NCBI GenBank assembly: GCA_000320545.1
Contig: ADNK01000490.1
Coordinates: 78,429 to 142,428 of the forward strand
Length of the DNA stretch: 64,000 nt
Source: Bigelowiella natans CCMP2755
Lineage: Eukaryota; Protista; Cercozoa
Direction of reading: 5' to 3'
Under the pieces are notes generated by a model. That model ran no database searches. It saw only the letters and a program-made list of their open reading frames with translations, and was not told the origin of the DNA. The translations under genes and the position numbers were made by a program. This document shows, one piece after another, positions 1 to 14,780 of this stretch (positions are counted from its first letter, which is position 1; each line of letters opens with the position of its first letter).

Positions 1-740
1 CTTTTCTTGCTTTCATTGGCATTGCTTGATTTCATTGTTCAATTTGAGAAGATTTTTTGCATGCTTTTTGCAGTGGATGTGTTTGTTGTGACACTTCTTG
101 ATCACGTGTTTGTTGCAAAAGCAACAATGTGTTTTGTCGTGTTCATTTGCATTGTCGCAGTGACAATCCCTTGATCGAATGGGCATCAACATGATCTCTG
201 TTGTCCGTTCTGTGTTGAGCTACCCCCACCTACATCAGGAGCAGAAGGGACATTTTTTTGGGTCAAATCCACACGTCCACTGCGGCACAAACAAGCACAC
301 ATGCGCATTCGACCACACGTGCTTGAAGCGTGCCCGTGATGTGCAGATGCGATGGATCGACTGCATTTGCGCACATGGCACACGTCGATCTGGGTGCACA
401 TGGACGATTGTCACGTGCTCCACAGTTGTCTAGCTGTGCACAATTGAACAACAATGTCGTGTGACTTCGCAACACAAATCTAGAAATGACCAGTCTAGCA
501 GTGACGAATGGACATCACATCCGCGACAGCGCATGCTAGCATGTGCACATCATGCAGGCTGTGCCCAACTAGCCAACTGTAGCTCAGTCATCCGGCTAGC
601 CGGCCGCACCTGCTGCACAGCCAAGCTAGCAAACACTGCACAAGCGAACAAATGCCAATGCGTGCATGCAGCACTTTGATGTAATGACATGCTAGCATGC
701 GCAACATCGGCATTCAACATGTCATTGCTCCCCATCCAAG
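1..740. other. TpA-depleted intergenic island
   Basis: By-eye count of about 12 TA dinucleotides in 740 bp, about 11 of them in CTA/TAG context. Rich in TG/CA, with CpG retained. Confidence 0.85.
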
Positions 741-797
741 CTTAGTTTCTACTTTCACCTACATGCCCTTTCATTGCTACGTCCTAATCGCATCTTG

Positions 798-1494
798 CTA
801 TTCAAGTTGCACCGGAGTAACTTTTGAGCTTTCCTTACTAAGTTCCGAGCGAATATGATTCCACAGCCGCTTTTGTCGATCGTTCTGAATGAGAAGAACG
901 GACCACGACGTTGACGAAAAAGTATGAAGAGAACAATTGGAAACTAATGTTTGACCATATTTTCTATGTTTGATTCATGAATACAATACGAACACGATAA
1001 GAGTACTTAGCTATTGGCACCGGCATCTACTCACCTTGTGCTGGAGGAGGAGGGACGGAGAAACCTCTACAAGTTCCCACACACCTTTCTCTACTTCATC
1101 ACGCAATAAGCCCTGAGTTGTAATAAAATGATTCCACAAAGATGCAGAATGAAGAATTTGAAGGTTAGAGAGGAGCAGACATCGCCTTTTCACAAATTAG
1201 AACAACAGACTGTTATCATCAATCATCATCCCAAACATCGTCGTCGTCGTTATAATTGTTGTGATTTGTTCCTCGTATTGATCCATCAAACCCACCGGGA
1301 GCCATTCAACACGTTTAAAGAAGAAGTGAAACTTTCGTGGATCAAATTCCCTCTGATGCACCATATCATCTTCATCATCATCCTCACCACTACACAAATG
1401 TGTGATTAATGTTGCTGTTACAGTATTTTGGCATTTTTCACGATGACCCAGTGGTAAATTTTTGTAGCAGCGATGAGAGGAAGACATACACACA

Positions 1495-1560
<66 letters not shown>

Positions 1561-3382
1561 TCACAACTAAAAATCGGAGCGCTATACTGTGGTATGAGGA
1601 TCAATAGTCGTCGTTGTGTCTAAGTTCTTTTCTTAAAGTACTGCTGCTGCTCCTACTACAACTCCTACATTCTCCGTAGCTTCAACAGCAGCACTAACTC
1701 CCCCAATGTACACGCCTGAGTCTCCAATAGCCTTGGCACCCTCCAACTGCACATCAAGTTGAACCAGCAGAAGCGTAGAAAGCAAAGAGGAAAAAGTACG
1801 TGTATCGTATTAGATGATGGGTAGTATCCCAATATTACACCAATAAACCATGCATAACCTCCCGTCCGACCGACTTTTTTTTATGAAATGTAATAGCTAC
1901 GATGATAGGATAAAGAAAATAGGATGCTAACTACACAACAAACTCGGTAGGAAATACTACAATATTACGTCTGCGACGGAATGCAGCATTAGCAGCTTAT
2001 CTGGCCCGTCGCCCCCACCCATGCTTAGCGGTGTCTCAGAAAGTTTCGTATCCTCAAACACAGGGGCCTACAAAAAGTCGGGGCACAGTGATAGTCAGCG
2101 AGAGTGGTGGTAGTGGTAGTAGTAGTGGTAGGCCATTTCTGTAAGAAGATACTGTAATGAGATTATTATCAAAACATTGTTCTAAAAGAGCTAGCACAAA
2201 CATCGATACATCTTGCCGCACCAAGGGAATATTTTCAGCGCAGCATTGCAAAGGATAAAAGGAAATAAGGAGAGTTGTATTGTAAACTAAGACGGCATGC
2301 ATGCACGGACCATCTCCCCAACTTCCCAGGGCGTGTTCTTGTCAATTAGAAGACCCACCGTTCCCCTGATGAAAAAGTGGCGGAAGACATGTTAGAATGA
2401 TTCCTCTTCCTACTACTACTCCACTATTTCTCTCTATTACAAATACATGCAAAGCTCAGTGTAGTCGCTACATATCCTACACATTTTGTTCTAGATATGA
2501 CGCGACAGCTCAATGTATCGACTTTATAATGTGCGCTGGTGAATTCTTGGCCGTGTATGATAAAATAACCTTTCCTCATGGTCTTCCAATATAAGTATTA
2601 CAGAGTCGGTCAAAAAATGGTCAAAATGACCATATTTCTGGGTGACCAGAACGACACCTATGTATGTATGCAAGCAAGCATCATATACGTATTATTTTCG
2701 TCTAAGTATTTATCTATAAAGACTCGTGAAATTTTTTCTCCAGCACGTTCCCACCATTTTCACGCATAGAAGTACGACACAAGGATTATATCAGTTGTAA
2801 TCAAACCTGGCTTAATCTTCTTGGCTCGCCTTACCCATTGATGCTCTTGCTCTCCAATTGAAGTGCCATCACCTGTAGTATCCCTTGTAGCCCACTCCTT
2901 CTCATCACTATTGCTCTCTGTATTCTCCGATGTGAGTAGCTTGCCGTCCATAGAATATCCCCTTCATTACAATAATTAGGGTTAGCTTCAATCAATGCTG
3001 TAAAAGCAGGATGACGATGCAAATTACATTTCCTGGACTGCCTTCTCAAGCTTCCCCGCTCCACGCATATATTTGTTGAATTCCAAATCGTCGTCCATAT
3101 CTGGGGGAGGACGGGACCGGGCTGCAGCCTAGGAAGTATATATTTAAACAAAAACATTTCACATCGAAAATCCGCTCGTATGCATCATCTTCGGGACGCA
3201 ACCTTCCAGCTTCTCTGGCGGAATGAGATTATGGGTCTCCACATCTTGGAGACTTTTCTGGTGGAGGAGCACTGTCTCGAGGCTTCAATGGTCTGGACCC
3301 CCCCCCAGCTAACAAGGAGCAGCAGCATCAGCATCGGGTGCGATAGGACCTTCCGGGTAATACGGAAGGAGGAGCTACCCAT
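798..3382 (-). CDS. DUF179 (YqgE/AlgH-like) protein with N-terminal signal/transit-like leader, multi-exon
   Basis: Exons read by eye: MGSSSFRITRKVLSHPMLMLLLLVSWGGVQTIEA (leader); ILEDHEE; GTVGLLIDKNTPWEVGEM; LEGAKAIGDSGVYIGGV; EFDPRKFHFFFKRVEWLP; LLRDEVEKGVWELVEVSPSLLL; RLWNHIRSEL...QLE* (TAG at 798-800). The motif order matches DUF179. Confidence 0.75.
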
Positions 3383-3911
3383 ACTTGCTCGAGGAGTGAC
3401 CGACCGACCGACCGACCGACCGACCGACAGGAATCGTCCGATGAATTCCATGCATTTTTCACCTAAAAACAAGTCTTTTTCCAGTCGCAGATAAAGAAAT
3501 ACCACGTCTTTTCGCATGCAGGAAAACATTGATTTTTGATCTGCGACAATATTAGTTTGCATGTCGCAGAAAAAAATTGCCACACCGATCCTGAGTCACC
3601 TCGTCTCCTGCAACCACCCCCACAGACCAACAGCTGCCTCCTGAGGGTGGCAGAGGGAAATGGCATAAACTCCCGCTCTTGATCCCCCAGGCACACACGG
3701 AAAAAGATCACGTCTTTGTCGTCTACAGGTGGAAGCCACGAGAGATTGAAAAACTGAGAGGGGCAGGCTAGCAGGGAGAGATGGTTCCAGACCAGGATCT
3801 CAGTGATGTTCAATAGTCCAAATAGTTCTCCTCTTCTTCGTTTCTACATTTATTCAACTCTTAAACCCTCCTCGTTCTTCTTTATCTTCTTACCTTTTGA
3901 TCAGGGAGAAA

Positions 3912-4058
3912 ATGCCAAACAAAGTTACCGCAGCAACACGCCTCTACCCGGCCGTCACACCGGCGGTCGTTCTCAATGCGGGAGTCGGGATCTTATTCTC
4001 TGCTCTCTTCTTTTTTGTTTTTGTCCCGCAACACTTAGAGTGTTATCGACGGTATATT

Positions 4059-4130
<72 letters not shown>

Positions 4131-4400
4131 CCTCTCTCCCTCTCTCCCTCTCTCGCTCGCTTTCCTCTGGAATCACCAATGCTGTACCTGTAATAATTTA
4201 CCGTAATTTAAAGTTTGTCTCCCTCTACACAGGAAATCGACAGCAGGTCTGTCGCCTTGGCTGTTGCTGTTCGGTGGTATCTCGTTCATGTTTGCCTTCT
4301 ACAATGTGCTCCTGCTAGACCTTGGTATTTGATGATTCATGAAGAGTCATTAAGTGAACTCTATAATTCCGCTTTCGAGTATTTACTGTGACAATGCTGT

Positions 4401-4476
<76 letters not shown>

Positions 4477-4764
4477 CCCACGAGATCGTTTGTCCTCTTA
4501 TCGTCTGCAATGTTTGTCCAGACACGCTTGGTGTTTGTCATGGCGATGATAAGTACAAGCCAGAAGTCTATAATTGCATAGCGGCGGCCTCTCCGATATT
4601 ACAGCAGCTTCTACCCGCCATCACGGGGTGTGTGTAAATTTATTCATTTGTTCTGCGTGCAGTAACACTCGTTGGGGTCGTATGAATCGTGTTCTTGTAA
4701 GTACATAGAAGGAGATGCAGGTGCAATGCATGACCACTATGGCTATATTATTGCCGTCGTTGTT

Positions 4765-4800
<36 letters not shown>

Positions 4801-5178
4801 TCATGCAGCATTCACGTTACAGATATCCATCTTGGTATATCTGGTTTCACCTGTACTGTCCTCCGGAGATACGAGAGCAACACATAATCTCGTTGTGCCT
4901 CTTTTTGACGACAGCTTTCATTGGGTGAATATGTAGAATATGTTCGTGGCGATGAAAAGATTTTGCAACATAGCACAATTTAGATATGATTGATTAGTAT
5001 ATTCGATTTTGCAAGTAGCACCACGAATATTTCATCCTGTGCATATGGGGCATGAATAATCTATTTTTCCTGTACCGCTGGGGAAATATAATATGAGAAA
5101 TAGCTGACATTCATGTCGAGGGTTTGTGCGTTTTTGGTGTGGACATCGTTATCCTAAGTTATACCCACTTACGTTCTC

Positions 5179-5228
<50 letters not shown>

Positions 5229-5680
5229 CGTGAATTTGGATCATAGCGCTGCAATATCAGTTTATGTCCTATTTCTCCAAGATCGTGAGCTCACACTCTT
5301 TGTCGGGACGGTAAGGACGACTGTTGCCATGAATTATTATCAAAACTAAATGTATACGACGACGATTTGTTCTCCCAGTCGATACGAAAACACTAATTTT
5401 AAATGATTCGTAGTTCTCATAACGATAATACTCAATGCTTTGTGTTCTACGACCATAAAAACGACCATGGAAAAACAATGTGTGTGTCAGACAAATGCTT
5501 CTTTCTTTGATACCCAGTCTTACGCATCTATGCTTTTCCTATCCGCTCCTCTAGCCAATTTCGTTGCTAACCACCGACAATTAAATGTAGACCTGGGGCG
5601 TGATTGCGACGATCATGAACTTCATTATGTGGTTTCCGCAGGTAAACAAGACGAAAACAAACAAACAAACAAACAAGAAC

Positions 5681-5723
<43 letters not shown>

Positions 5724-6857
5724 CGCGCGCATGACATTATTATATATATGCTATAGTTCTGTAGTTGCTAAGGATATTAAATTCTCCACACGCATATTAT
5801 GTAGTTGGTTCATTCTGAATTATCATGATTAGATTGAGACCACTATACGCCTCAAATCCCGCGGGGCGTTGTCCGTGTCGATGCTTATCTCCACGATTAT
5901 TAGGTAGTACCTGCTCTGTTTGCACCCATGATGGCCATGTGGTGATCAATTATGCTCTTCATATTCTCTCTTCTTCAGCGCTTCTTGCCGCTGATGTTGT
6001 TGTTGTTGTGCTGCTGCTTAATTCTTTTGGTCGAGCGAGTAGTCCAACAGGCATCCATTTCTTCTTTGTTCTTTTCACTTTCCCTATTTCCATCTCAACA
6101 TCTTGAGATCACCATCATCAACGCATTAGGATCCTTTCGTTCGTTATATCCCACCATCACCACTCATCACATTCTACTTCTTCTTCTCCTTCTTCTCCTT
6201 GTTCTTCTTCCCCTTCACTAGTGACATCGTCTTCACGCTTTATCTCTGTGTCTTGGCTCGTCAACATTGGAGCGTTTGGCTTCCACAGGTGCTAAGCAAG
6301 GCGAAAGACAGGGAGGGGGGGGAGTTTAATCGGTTAGAAGTTTGTCAGTGTGCTCCGAATATAGAGAGATCAATGGCGTTGCTCCGCGACGACGACAGTC
6401 AGTGGAACAAAATTCCACAACGATTAGTCTGGTTTTCAGCGAAACGATGCCATGAACGTCATTGCGCCGCTCTCCATCTCGCCATTGATTGAGGGCACTG
6501 ATGCTGATTATATGTTGCTGCTGTTCAAAGGTGCCCGATGCATTCCAGCAGATGTTGCTCCTCGCTCTTCTCTGGCATTACGGCGACTTGGGCAAGGCAG
6601 AACCCAACTACATCTCACCTTCGCTTTTGAGTTCCTCCACGAGTATGATATCGATGAAGCCAGGCTACAGGGCATTGGCTTCTTCTGAGTTGGTGGTTCA
6701 CCGCCATTCTCACGGAGCTGTTCGTGTTGATGTGTCCCCCTCATCAAAAGCAACGAACGGCGACAGCAGCAACGTGGTAATTGCTGTACCGTCCTCTGCT
6801 GATGATGCTGGCAACGGCGGGAGGTATAGGCCGATGAAGCGTCTCGTTAAGTCTTAG
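3912..6857 (+). CDS. PQ-loop repeat membrane protein (transporter-like), multi-exon
   Basis: Two PQ-loop motifs across GT-AG exons: FFFVFVPQHLECYRRKSTAGLS and TWGVIATIMNFIMWFPQIETTIRLKSRGALS. Further hydrophobic helices follow, and the last exon ends RPMKRLVKS*. Confidence 0.8.
4063..4127. repeat. (TC)n microsatellite, representative of dozens of intronic (CT)n, (CA)n, (TA)n, (CAT)n and (TAG)n tracts
   Basis: Directly visible. Similar tracts at 4405, 4765, 10468, 10881, 19818, 34501 and 52170. Confidence 0.95.
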
Positions 6858-6964
6858 AAATCACCAATGATGAAAATGCATAGACGAGACGACGAATGTG
6901 TTAGACACGACCTTCCTGTCGCATGAGCATGGCAGTGCGTGCGTGCGTGCGTGCGTGCGTGCGT

Positions 6965-7006
<42 letters not shown>

Positions 7007-7653
7007 CACAAATACTACTGCTGTGTTCATCTAGTCATGCATGGATCAGTTTAAAAAAGCGAAGAGCATTGTCACATTATGCATCTGTGAGCACTACGCA
7101 AAGAAGTGTTCAAGATTTTGTTACTCTTAAATGAAATTGGACCCGCCCAAAATTTGAAAAATATGCATGTAATGAATGTGTCGCCCCATGCGCCGCAGCA
7201 TTGACTAGATTGAGCGGGTCGACACACACACACAACACATAAACAGCGCCCCCACACGAATGCATTGTTTATTTCATGCAAAGCGCTGTGCTCATATGCT
7301 GGCATGCATTCAACTATTTTGTGTCGAAGCACCGCTTAAGCTTGCAAAAGCTCTCATAGCGTCTGCTTTCGATAGTAATGCGATGTCGCTATTTGTATGT
7401 CGAAAGTCATGATTTTACAAGAGTACGTGGTGAACACTTTTATGTGCATGCCATTGTCGCCGACGCTCAATCAGCATAGACTATTACGCGTCAATAAATC
7501 ATCGTAAGCGAGCTAGATGCTGCAAGATCGAGGTCTGTACGTCGATCTACTTGAACTTCAGTGTTTTGTCAATTTTTTCGGGTAGTCCCCTGCTTGGCCG
7601 AGTCGAAGAAGCTCCTTTTCATTTTCCTAAGATGATTATCGCTGTTGTTAATC

Positions 7654-9140
7654 TCATAGAGCACCGACCTCCATTTCAAGACTGCACTGACGCTTGATAT
7701 CGAGAAGGCTCGAATTAACATTGGAAATTCCGAAATGATCTGCTGCTTTCTTAAGATCCTTAATGTTAGTTGCCTCTCACATTTATCCGCATCATTCTGA
7801 GACCTACTACATGTTAAAACGACCTATCATCAATATCACAACTGTCTTTCCAGTCTAGCATTTTCTCAAAGACACCTCGCTAAAGATAGTCACTAGTTGT
7901 GGACGACTTTCATATAATGAGTATTTGTTGGACCCTCTTCGATGACTTTGCAATTCCTCGAGAACTTGCTTCGATGATCCGTGGACTGATCACAATAAAA
8001 AAGAGTCTGAATCATAAATGCGTGCTTGCTACCTGGCATCAAAACACTTGCTTCGACTCTGATGCACTAGTAGGCAGAAAGCCTGGAGAACATGGGAGGA
8101 GGAGAGGATGGCAAAGGTCATCGAGAGCAGCTGTGAGTACCGAAATGATGCAGAAGCAAGCCAACATTTACAGACACCTGTACGGTAATATAATACATAA
8201 AACGTCTAAGATTTATTCCTGCGACAGCTCTTTCCGTTTGTCGTTCGATCAGAATGTACCGTAACTGAAGCACCAGCATGCCGTGAATCACGTTGGTATT
8301 TAGGCTTGTACGCATCCATTCGACCCTGCGGCACGTTTGTTGTCGCTGAATGAAACTCCCCAACGATGGCACAAGAGGACAAAACATTGAGTAATTAAGA
8401 GCGAGACCAGACAACCCTCTCTTCGTTTGGGGAATAATATATCCCAGAATCACCTTATGTAGGCCGTGCCGCAAGCGGAAAGTCACCCATATTTTCCAGA
8501 GGAGAATTTTACACCTACACGTAGCTCGAATTCAGAGAGAATTTGTCCATCTTGTTCGAGTAGGTGTAGAAAGATACCCTGAGATTACATGAGTGTGACA
8601 TGAAGAATGGCTTGTCGCTTGCACACTATTTTGTATAGCTTGACCAAGCCACGTGAACAAATGTGAGGATTGAATGAAAACGCATTTAGTTCTAACATAA
8701 CGTCACGTTTTTTATGTCGACGCAGGTGGTGAATGGATGGTGATTTGGTGTAGTCGTAAAATTTTACATGGCGATTTCGTTCGGATTTCAGGATTTTCAG
8801 AGGATTTCATCACAACAGATAGACTGGACGTGCATGCGTGGAACCATGGCGACTCTTCCCGCTCCCAAGTCAAGGACTAACTCGCTCTCTAGGATACATC
8901 TCCCTGCGCTAGCTCTGGCTGTAGCCTCGGTAATCGGGATGGTTTTCATTGTGGGGAATCGACTTCGAACAGCATGTGGCACAGGGGATTAGTACCCACT
9001 CATCACATGCACATAAGCACATACCCTCCGGGCATCCTTGAGCATTTCGCTGTGATCTGCAATTAAGCTTTATTCGAATATTTTCGGGGACACAATATAA
9101 TAATTGAAGAATACGGCGTATCTTCCTGATCGTCATCGTC
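7654..9140 (-). CDS. Hypothetical multi-exon protein with short introns
   Basis: Several short coding-like segments bounded by GT/AG (e.g. RGVFEKMLDWKD, DLKKAADHFGISNVNSSLLDIKRQCSLEMEVGAL*). No family recognised and limits uncertain. Confidence 0.3.
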
Positions 9141-9418
9141 AGGAAAAATCTATGAGAATTTGAAACAATAGATACATTGAAAAACTAATTCAAATGAGAA
9201 CATATTTGGAGGTACGGGGGTATAACTTCAAATCTAAGATTATTGTAGCTGGAATTAGCAGACATGATAAAAAAGATAACCCTAGATCGAACCGACATGC
9301 GAAATTCGACCTTCAATGACAACCATCTGCATTTTCTTACAAAATTGGTCGTCGCTCCGCCAACCCCTGATTTTTCAGGTTTCACTTTACGTTGCCTTCA
9401 GCTCGCTGTCCTCCAGCT

Positions 9419-10465
9419 ATGCCCCAACCCTTGAGCTCGGTAGCCCAGTTCATTAGGATCATGAAATACATTGTAAGGGTGATATGACTCGAATTCTTTA
9501 GGTTATGCGCCGTCTCGATCTATGACAGGGACGCGAATTGGCTTCAATCCAGTGGCACAAATTCCAGGTGAATTAGAGAACATACCACAATCAATGAGAA
9601 TACTCGATTTGTATTTGCGTTAAAAATTCGGCGTAAGCGGTTTCGAACCAATTCATTTAACAATCAGCAGTACGAGTACCCCAGAGACAGCAGCGTTTTC
9701 GCAGCTATGCAAGGTTCCTGCCACTGACCATTCAATCAATAATGATAAAACACATAATATCCCGGTGATATCTAAACATAATCCTCCCACTAACGTGCAG
9801 GATAGAAAAGTGGATTCAGACCCCGAACGGCGAATACAAGGGAGAGATATTTGATAAGGTAAACTCTTGAGCGAGGTTATTAGCAACTGATGGTTTAGGG
9901 CTGATGATGTGCAGAGGGGAGGAATGGACGAGTGATTTAAGGATTGCATCCATCCATATCTCTTGCTTCATTCTTTTCATCATCCGTATTCAGCATATCA
10001 TCTTTCCTCGATGGTCGCCCCATCATCCCTTAATTCTTCCCTCTTCCACACTCTCAAAACCCCCAACAGGCTGGAGTCCCTGATGGCTCATTAATCACAA
10101 CCAGCAAAATCGTACGGAAGGTATTATCACTCAAGTGTGCGCAAATGCAGCAAACCACGCGCATACATAGCAGTCTCTGAATGCAGTTAACAATCGACGC
10201 ACACCTAATACTCGCCGCACAAATACCGAATAATACCCATGCAATGACCACCTCCCATCCACCCACTCACCCACTTCTATATTTTAGGCTGGAAACACTG
10301 TCTACACGGACTCTGGCTCCAGGTAGTAAGAAGAAGAGGCTGCTTGATGATTTTCAACCAATAGCAAGCAAACAACGATGCGATACTGCTGATGAAGATA
10401 GATACGAATGAGGACGTGTGAATCAGAGCATAATAAGAGCAAGAGAGAACTGAACAATGTCAATA

Positions 10466-10509
<44 letters not shown>

Positions 10510-10877
10510 GCGCCAATTCGCAGTTACACCCTGGGAACCCCTAAGAACGCCCCAAAGCCAGCTGCTGCTGCACCGAAAAAAACCGCTGTTGCGCCTGGTT
10601 GTGGTTTTTTGTAGTAGTGATGGTGGTGGGAAGGACAATGGGGTCATGGCGACATGTAATGATGTTGATGATGATGACGATGATGATGATGCCTCACCTG
10701 AACAACTTCGAGTGACATCATGTGGACGATGATACCCATTGACATTGCTGTATCGGCATTGAGGCGTTGGCTTATCATCATCCTTTGAAAGCTTTGTTGA
10801 CTGATGCTGTGTATGTCCGTCAGGCACAAAGAAAGTCCCTCTTGGCACACAGCGAGGCACCATCAAGAAGCCTCCTG

Positions 10878-10926
<49 letters not shown>

Positions 10927-10939
10927 ACACACACACACA

Positions 10940-10977
<38 letters not shown>

Positions 10978-12508
10978 GATTCGTACACAAAGGCAAACAG
11001 AGTTACTAGAAATTAATACTTTTCATCCTTACACCAATCAGCCCCTCCTGCGCCATCGTCGTCTGGGCCTTCATTCGGGTCGTCGTATTTGAATATCAGT
11101 AGTAGTAGTAGTAGTAGTAGTAATAGTGGCAATAAAGTAGCATACACATACGCAGCTTCTCATCGATTGTCCCCCGCCATCACCATTTCAGCAGAAGAAT
11201 TTCCTCTTACGAGTAGTAACGACGGTGTCATTGAATTTGTTCACGTTTTCCTATGCGTTTCTCCGTCTCCTCTCCTCCGTCGCCTCCATCGACCCTCTCC
11301 CTTCTTTTGTCCCATTATCTCTAACTGATCAGTGGTTTCTTCGGTGGTGGAGGAGGAGGAGAAAGTGCTAAGCCTGTTGCGCCAAGGGTAGTAAGTGCTG
11401 CACAGAACTCCGCTGTGTGTTCATATTTCACAACAACAAGAGGAAAGAGGGAGGAAGAGATATATGCACGAATAAACCCATTCATACATGCACGCATACA
11501 CTTACACACGCGCGCGCGCACACACATACCTTATATCATCATTTTAATTCATCTATGTGGGGGGGGGTTCTTGTATTTTCAGGGCACCGAGATTAGCAGA
11601 AAGGCAACGATAAAGAAACAGGTTGCAACCGTGAAGAAGCAGGCTCCCCCGCCCAAGGTAGAAGAAGAAGAGGAAGAGAATGAAGAGGATGATAGAAGGA
11701 GAACAAATGATGGGCGGGGATAGGTTTTATGCAGACACTGATCTATAAATTGTATGCTGGTGTATATCAGTTATTATAATCATCATTGCTATCATCGTCA
11801 TGATGGTTATCATGGTCTTTTTCTTTCTCTATCAGAAGGCTGCTCCTGCTGCAACTCCGAAAAAGTCACAAGGTGGTGGCGGCGGTGGTGGTCTTTTTGG
11901 CTTCTTTGGAAGCGCTCAAGAAGCTCCGCCAGGTTGCAGTTTCTACTGCCTTCCTCCAGCCCCCCCCCTCCCCAACCCCTAATCTCGTAATAGTCGTTGC
12001 CTCACATGGACTGTTGTGTATGTACCTTAGCTGCGGAACCTGCTGCACCAGCCAAGAAAGAGGTGAGAGGGGGAAGGAGGGGAGCAGAGGAGGATGATAA
12101 CATATTGCAACTTCGCATGCGCGAGGGTCGTGATGATGCTGATTAATGCTTATAATAAATTCATTAGCAAAGCGGATTCTTCGGAAGAAAAAGTGTAGCA
12201 GCCCCTGCCAAGGTGGCGATTATAAATACATATGTGAGTGCGTGTGTGCGCGCGTGTGTGTGTTCTTTCGCTTGTCTGAACCACATAGCACCTGTACTTT
12301 CTTCTTTGAAATATGCATTGTGAGTGCGTAGGCGTGTATGTGTTGTTAACATGCAATGTATATATGGTCACGCCAATTGCAGAAAGCTGCTCCTGCACAG
12401 AGGGCAACTGTGAAGAAGACAGCACCCCCAACGCCAAGGTGATATTATTAGCGCTATAATTGAGTTGATACTGTGCTATATCATCTCATCTTCGTCATCC
12501 ATCGTCGT

Positions 12509-12543
<35 letters not shown>

Positions 12544-14292
12544 ACACCAATCACCATCATCGTACATATATAGACCAACCCCAAGGCCAACCCCAAGGCC
12601 AACGCCGAAGCCTACCTTCAAGCCAGCCCCTAAACCGACTTCTCCACCGAAAAAGAAGGTATTATTTATTTATTGTGGAATAATAGCAGGGTGATTACCC
12701 CATTGTGGCAACCAATGGCAGCAATGCCTACTCAGCTTGTTGTCATCATCATCATAGTGTGATGATGAAGTCCCCTTCCTTTGTCTCACACAGTCATCAC
12801 CATCACCGTTACAACTATTTTCCCGCTTGTTTTTCAGTCATATTCACAATTATTTTGTCATCACAAGGCTGCGCCTCCAGCTGTGAAGCCTAAAGCTGTG
12901 GCCCCACCCCCCGCAGCTAAGAAACCCGAGAAGAAGGATCCTGCACCAAGTGAGTTGTGGTCAAGTGGGAGGGGTCATTTCCCGCTTGGGTTTTTGTCCA
13001 TCTCCATCGTGCTACCCCCTCTCTTCCTCCTCCCCCCCCCCCGCGTCCCCCCCCTCCCTGCATAGCTCTTCTAATGAAATGCAACGACCTTACGACTCTA
13101 CTTATATTTTCTGTGATGGCTATGTTGTGTATCATTATAGAAGGCCCTGATCTCTTCTCTCAGCTTTCTGGAACGATTCGCATGTCGACAAAAGTGAGTG
13201 CCATCTGGCTAAAAATAACAACAACAACAACAACAACGATGATGATGATGATGATGATGGTGATGATGCACGGGTGGTCCTCTAAGCTACTTTGTGTTGT
13301 CATCGTCTACCTACTTCCTTGTACGTCGGCTAAGGGAGGGATCAATCATCTTTAACTTTTTTTCTGGCGAATGTTTAGGCTTTGAACGAGCTCACACAGT
13401 CTTCGTCGCAGCCAGCTCCTACCTCTGCTCCAAAGCCAGTAATTTTGTTAAGTAGCAGTATGACGAAGATGATGATGATGAAGAAGGAGGAAGAGAGGAA
13501 ATAGAAGTCTCTTCTAGGTTTAGTGGTGGATATTGTAGAGTGGAAACTTGGGTGTTGATTATGGTCCGAGATGGTATTGAGGCGTTGCTTAAAATCATCA
13601 TCGCATCAGCCGTTTTGTTGGTTACAATTCTCGAATTTCGTCTCTTATTACCGGGGAAGGGAAGCTGTTAACGAATGATACATCAATTTGACTCCTTGCT
13701 AATTTATCAATACTCAATTATGTCCGGTGATGACCACAGCTGCCTACACCAAAGCCAACGATGAAGCCGGTAAGCATTTATCGAATCTAACAGGAAAACA
13801 ATCATTGTTTGCTGAACTGATCTTCCATCAATGAGTAGTGACAGATTAACACACACAAGCACACTGAATAACCCACGTATATTTTCTTCTTCTTTTCCTC
13901 ATTCCTCTCGTCCTGCACTATTGGTTGTCATTTCCCTTCCTCCGCATAGGTCGCACCACCTCCTCCTCCCCCAGCACAAGAGGTAGTAGTCGTTGCCGTC
14001 GTAGTAGCTCGCACAGTCCATTGCTGTCATCGTCATCATCACTAGCATGATCATCAACATTCAGCAGTAGTAAGTAAGGACCACAGCCATGAGAACCCTC
14101 ATTTCACAACGACTCTCTTCCATCTACCCCCCCCCGCTCCCCATCCTGCTCCTCCTGTTCCTGCAGAGCGTCGCTTCTACTGGAGGCGGTTTCGGGTCCT
14201 TCCTGTCGGGAACCGTCAAGAAATTCGCTTCGCCACCTGCTGCTAGCGAAGCCCCTGTAGCGCCACCTTCAGGTAATTAATTGTCGTAGTAA

Positions 14293-14325
<33 letters not shown>

Positions 14326-14748
14326 CAGTAGTGCTAGTTATTCTGATGCATTCAAATCAACACTGCTTTTTTCAAGTAGTTGGTATCTCACAGTAAACAA
14401 GCAGTTGCTCCTCCAATGATATTGTGATTTCCAGGGCTTGATACCTACTATATCGTCGTCGTCGTCGTCGTCATCATCAGTCATCATCAGCCTCATCATC
14501 ATCATCATCATCATCATTATCTCCTCCTTTATTCTTTTTCTTCAGGCACTGCTCGCAAGGTCATCATTCCTATCCCTGAACCAGAGGAGCTAGATACGCC
14601 TCTCTTCGATCCTGCGAAGGACTTCGGAAAGTTAGTTGCCGGCAGAGCAGCAGCAGCACCAGCACAGACATGCGAGAGAAAGAAGGGGGAGGGGAAAGAA
14701 GGGTGGGAAGAAGATGAAGATATTGGTTAATGGTCCATCCCCTATATC

Positions 14749-14780
<32 letters not shown>

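Noticed and set aside
3803-4318. 171-aa ORF with an (LS)n run, and many similar ORFs (poly-ER, HT, YI, poly-M/I)
   Set aside because: These are translations of intronic microsatellites.
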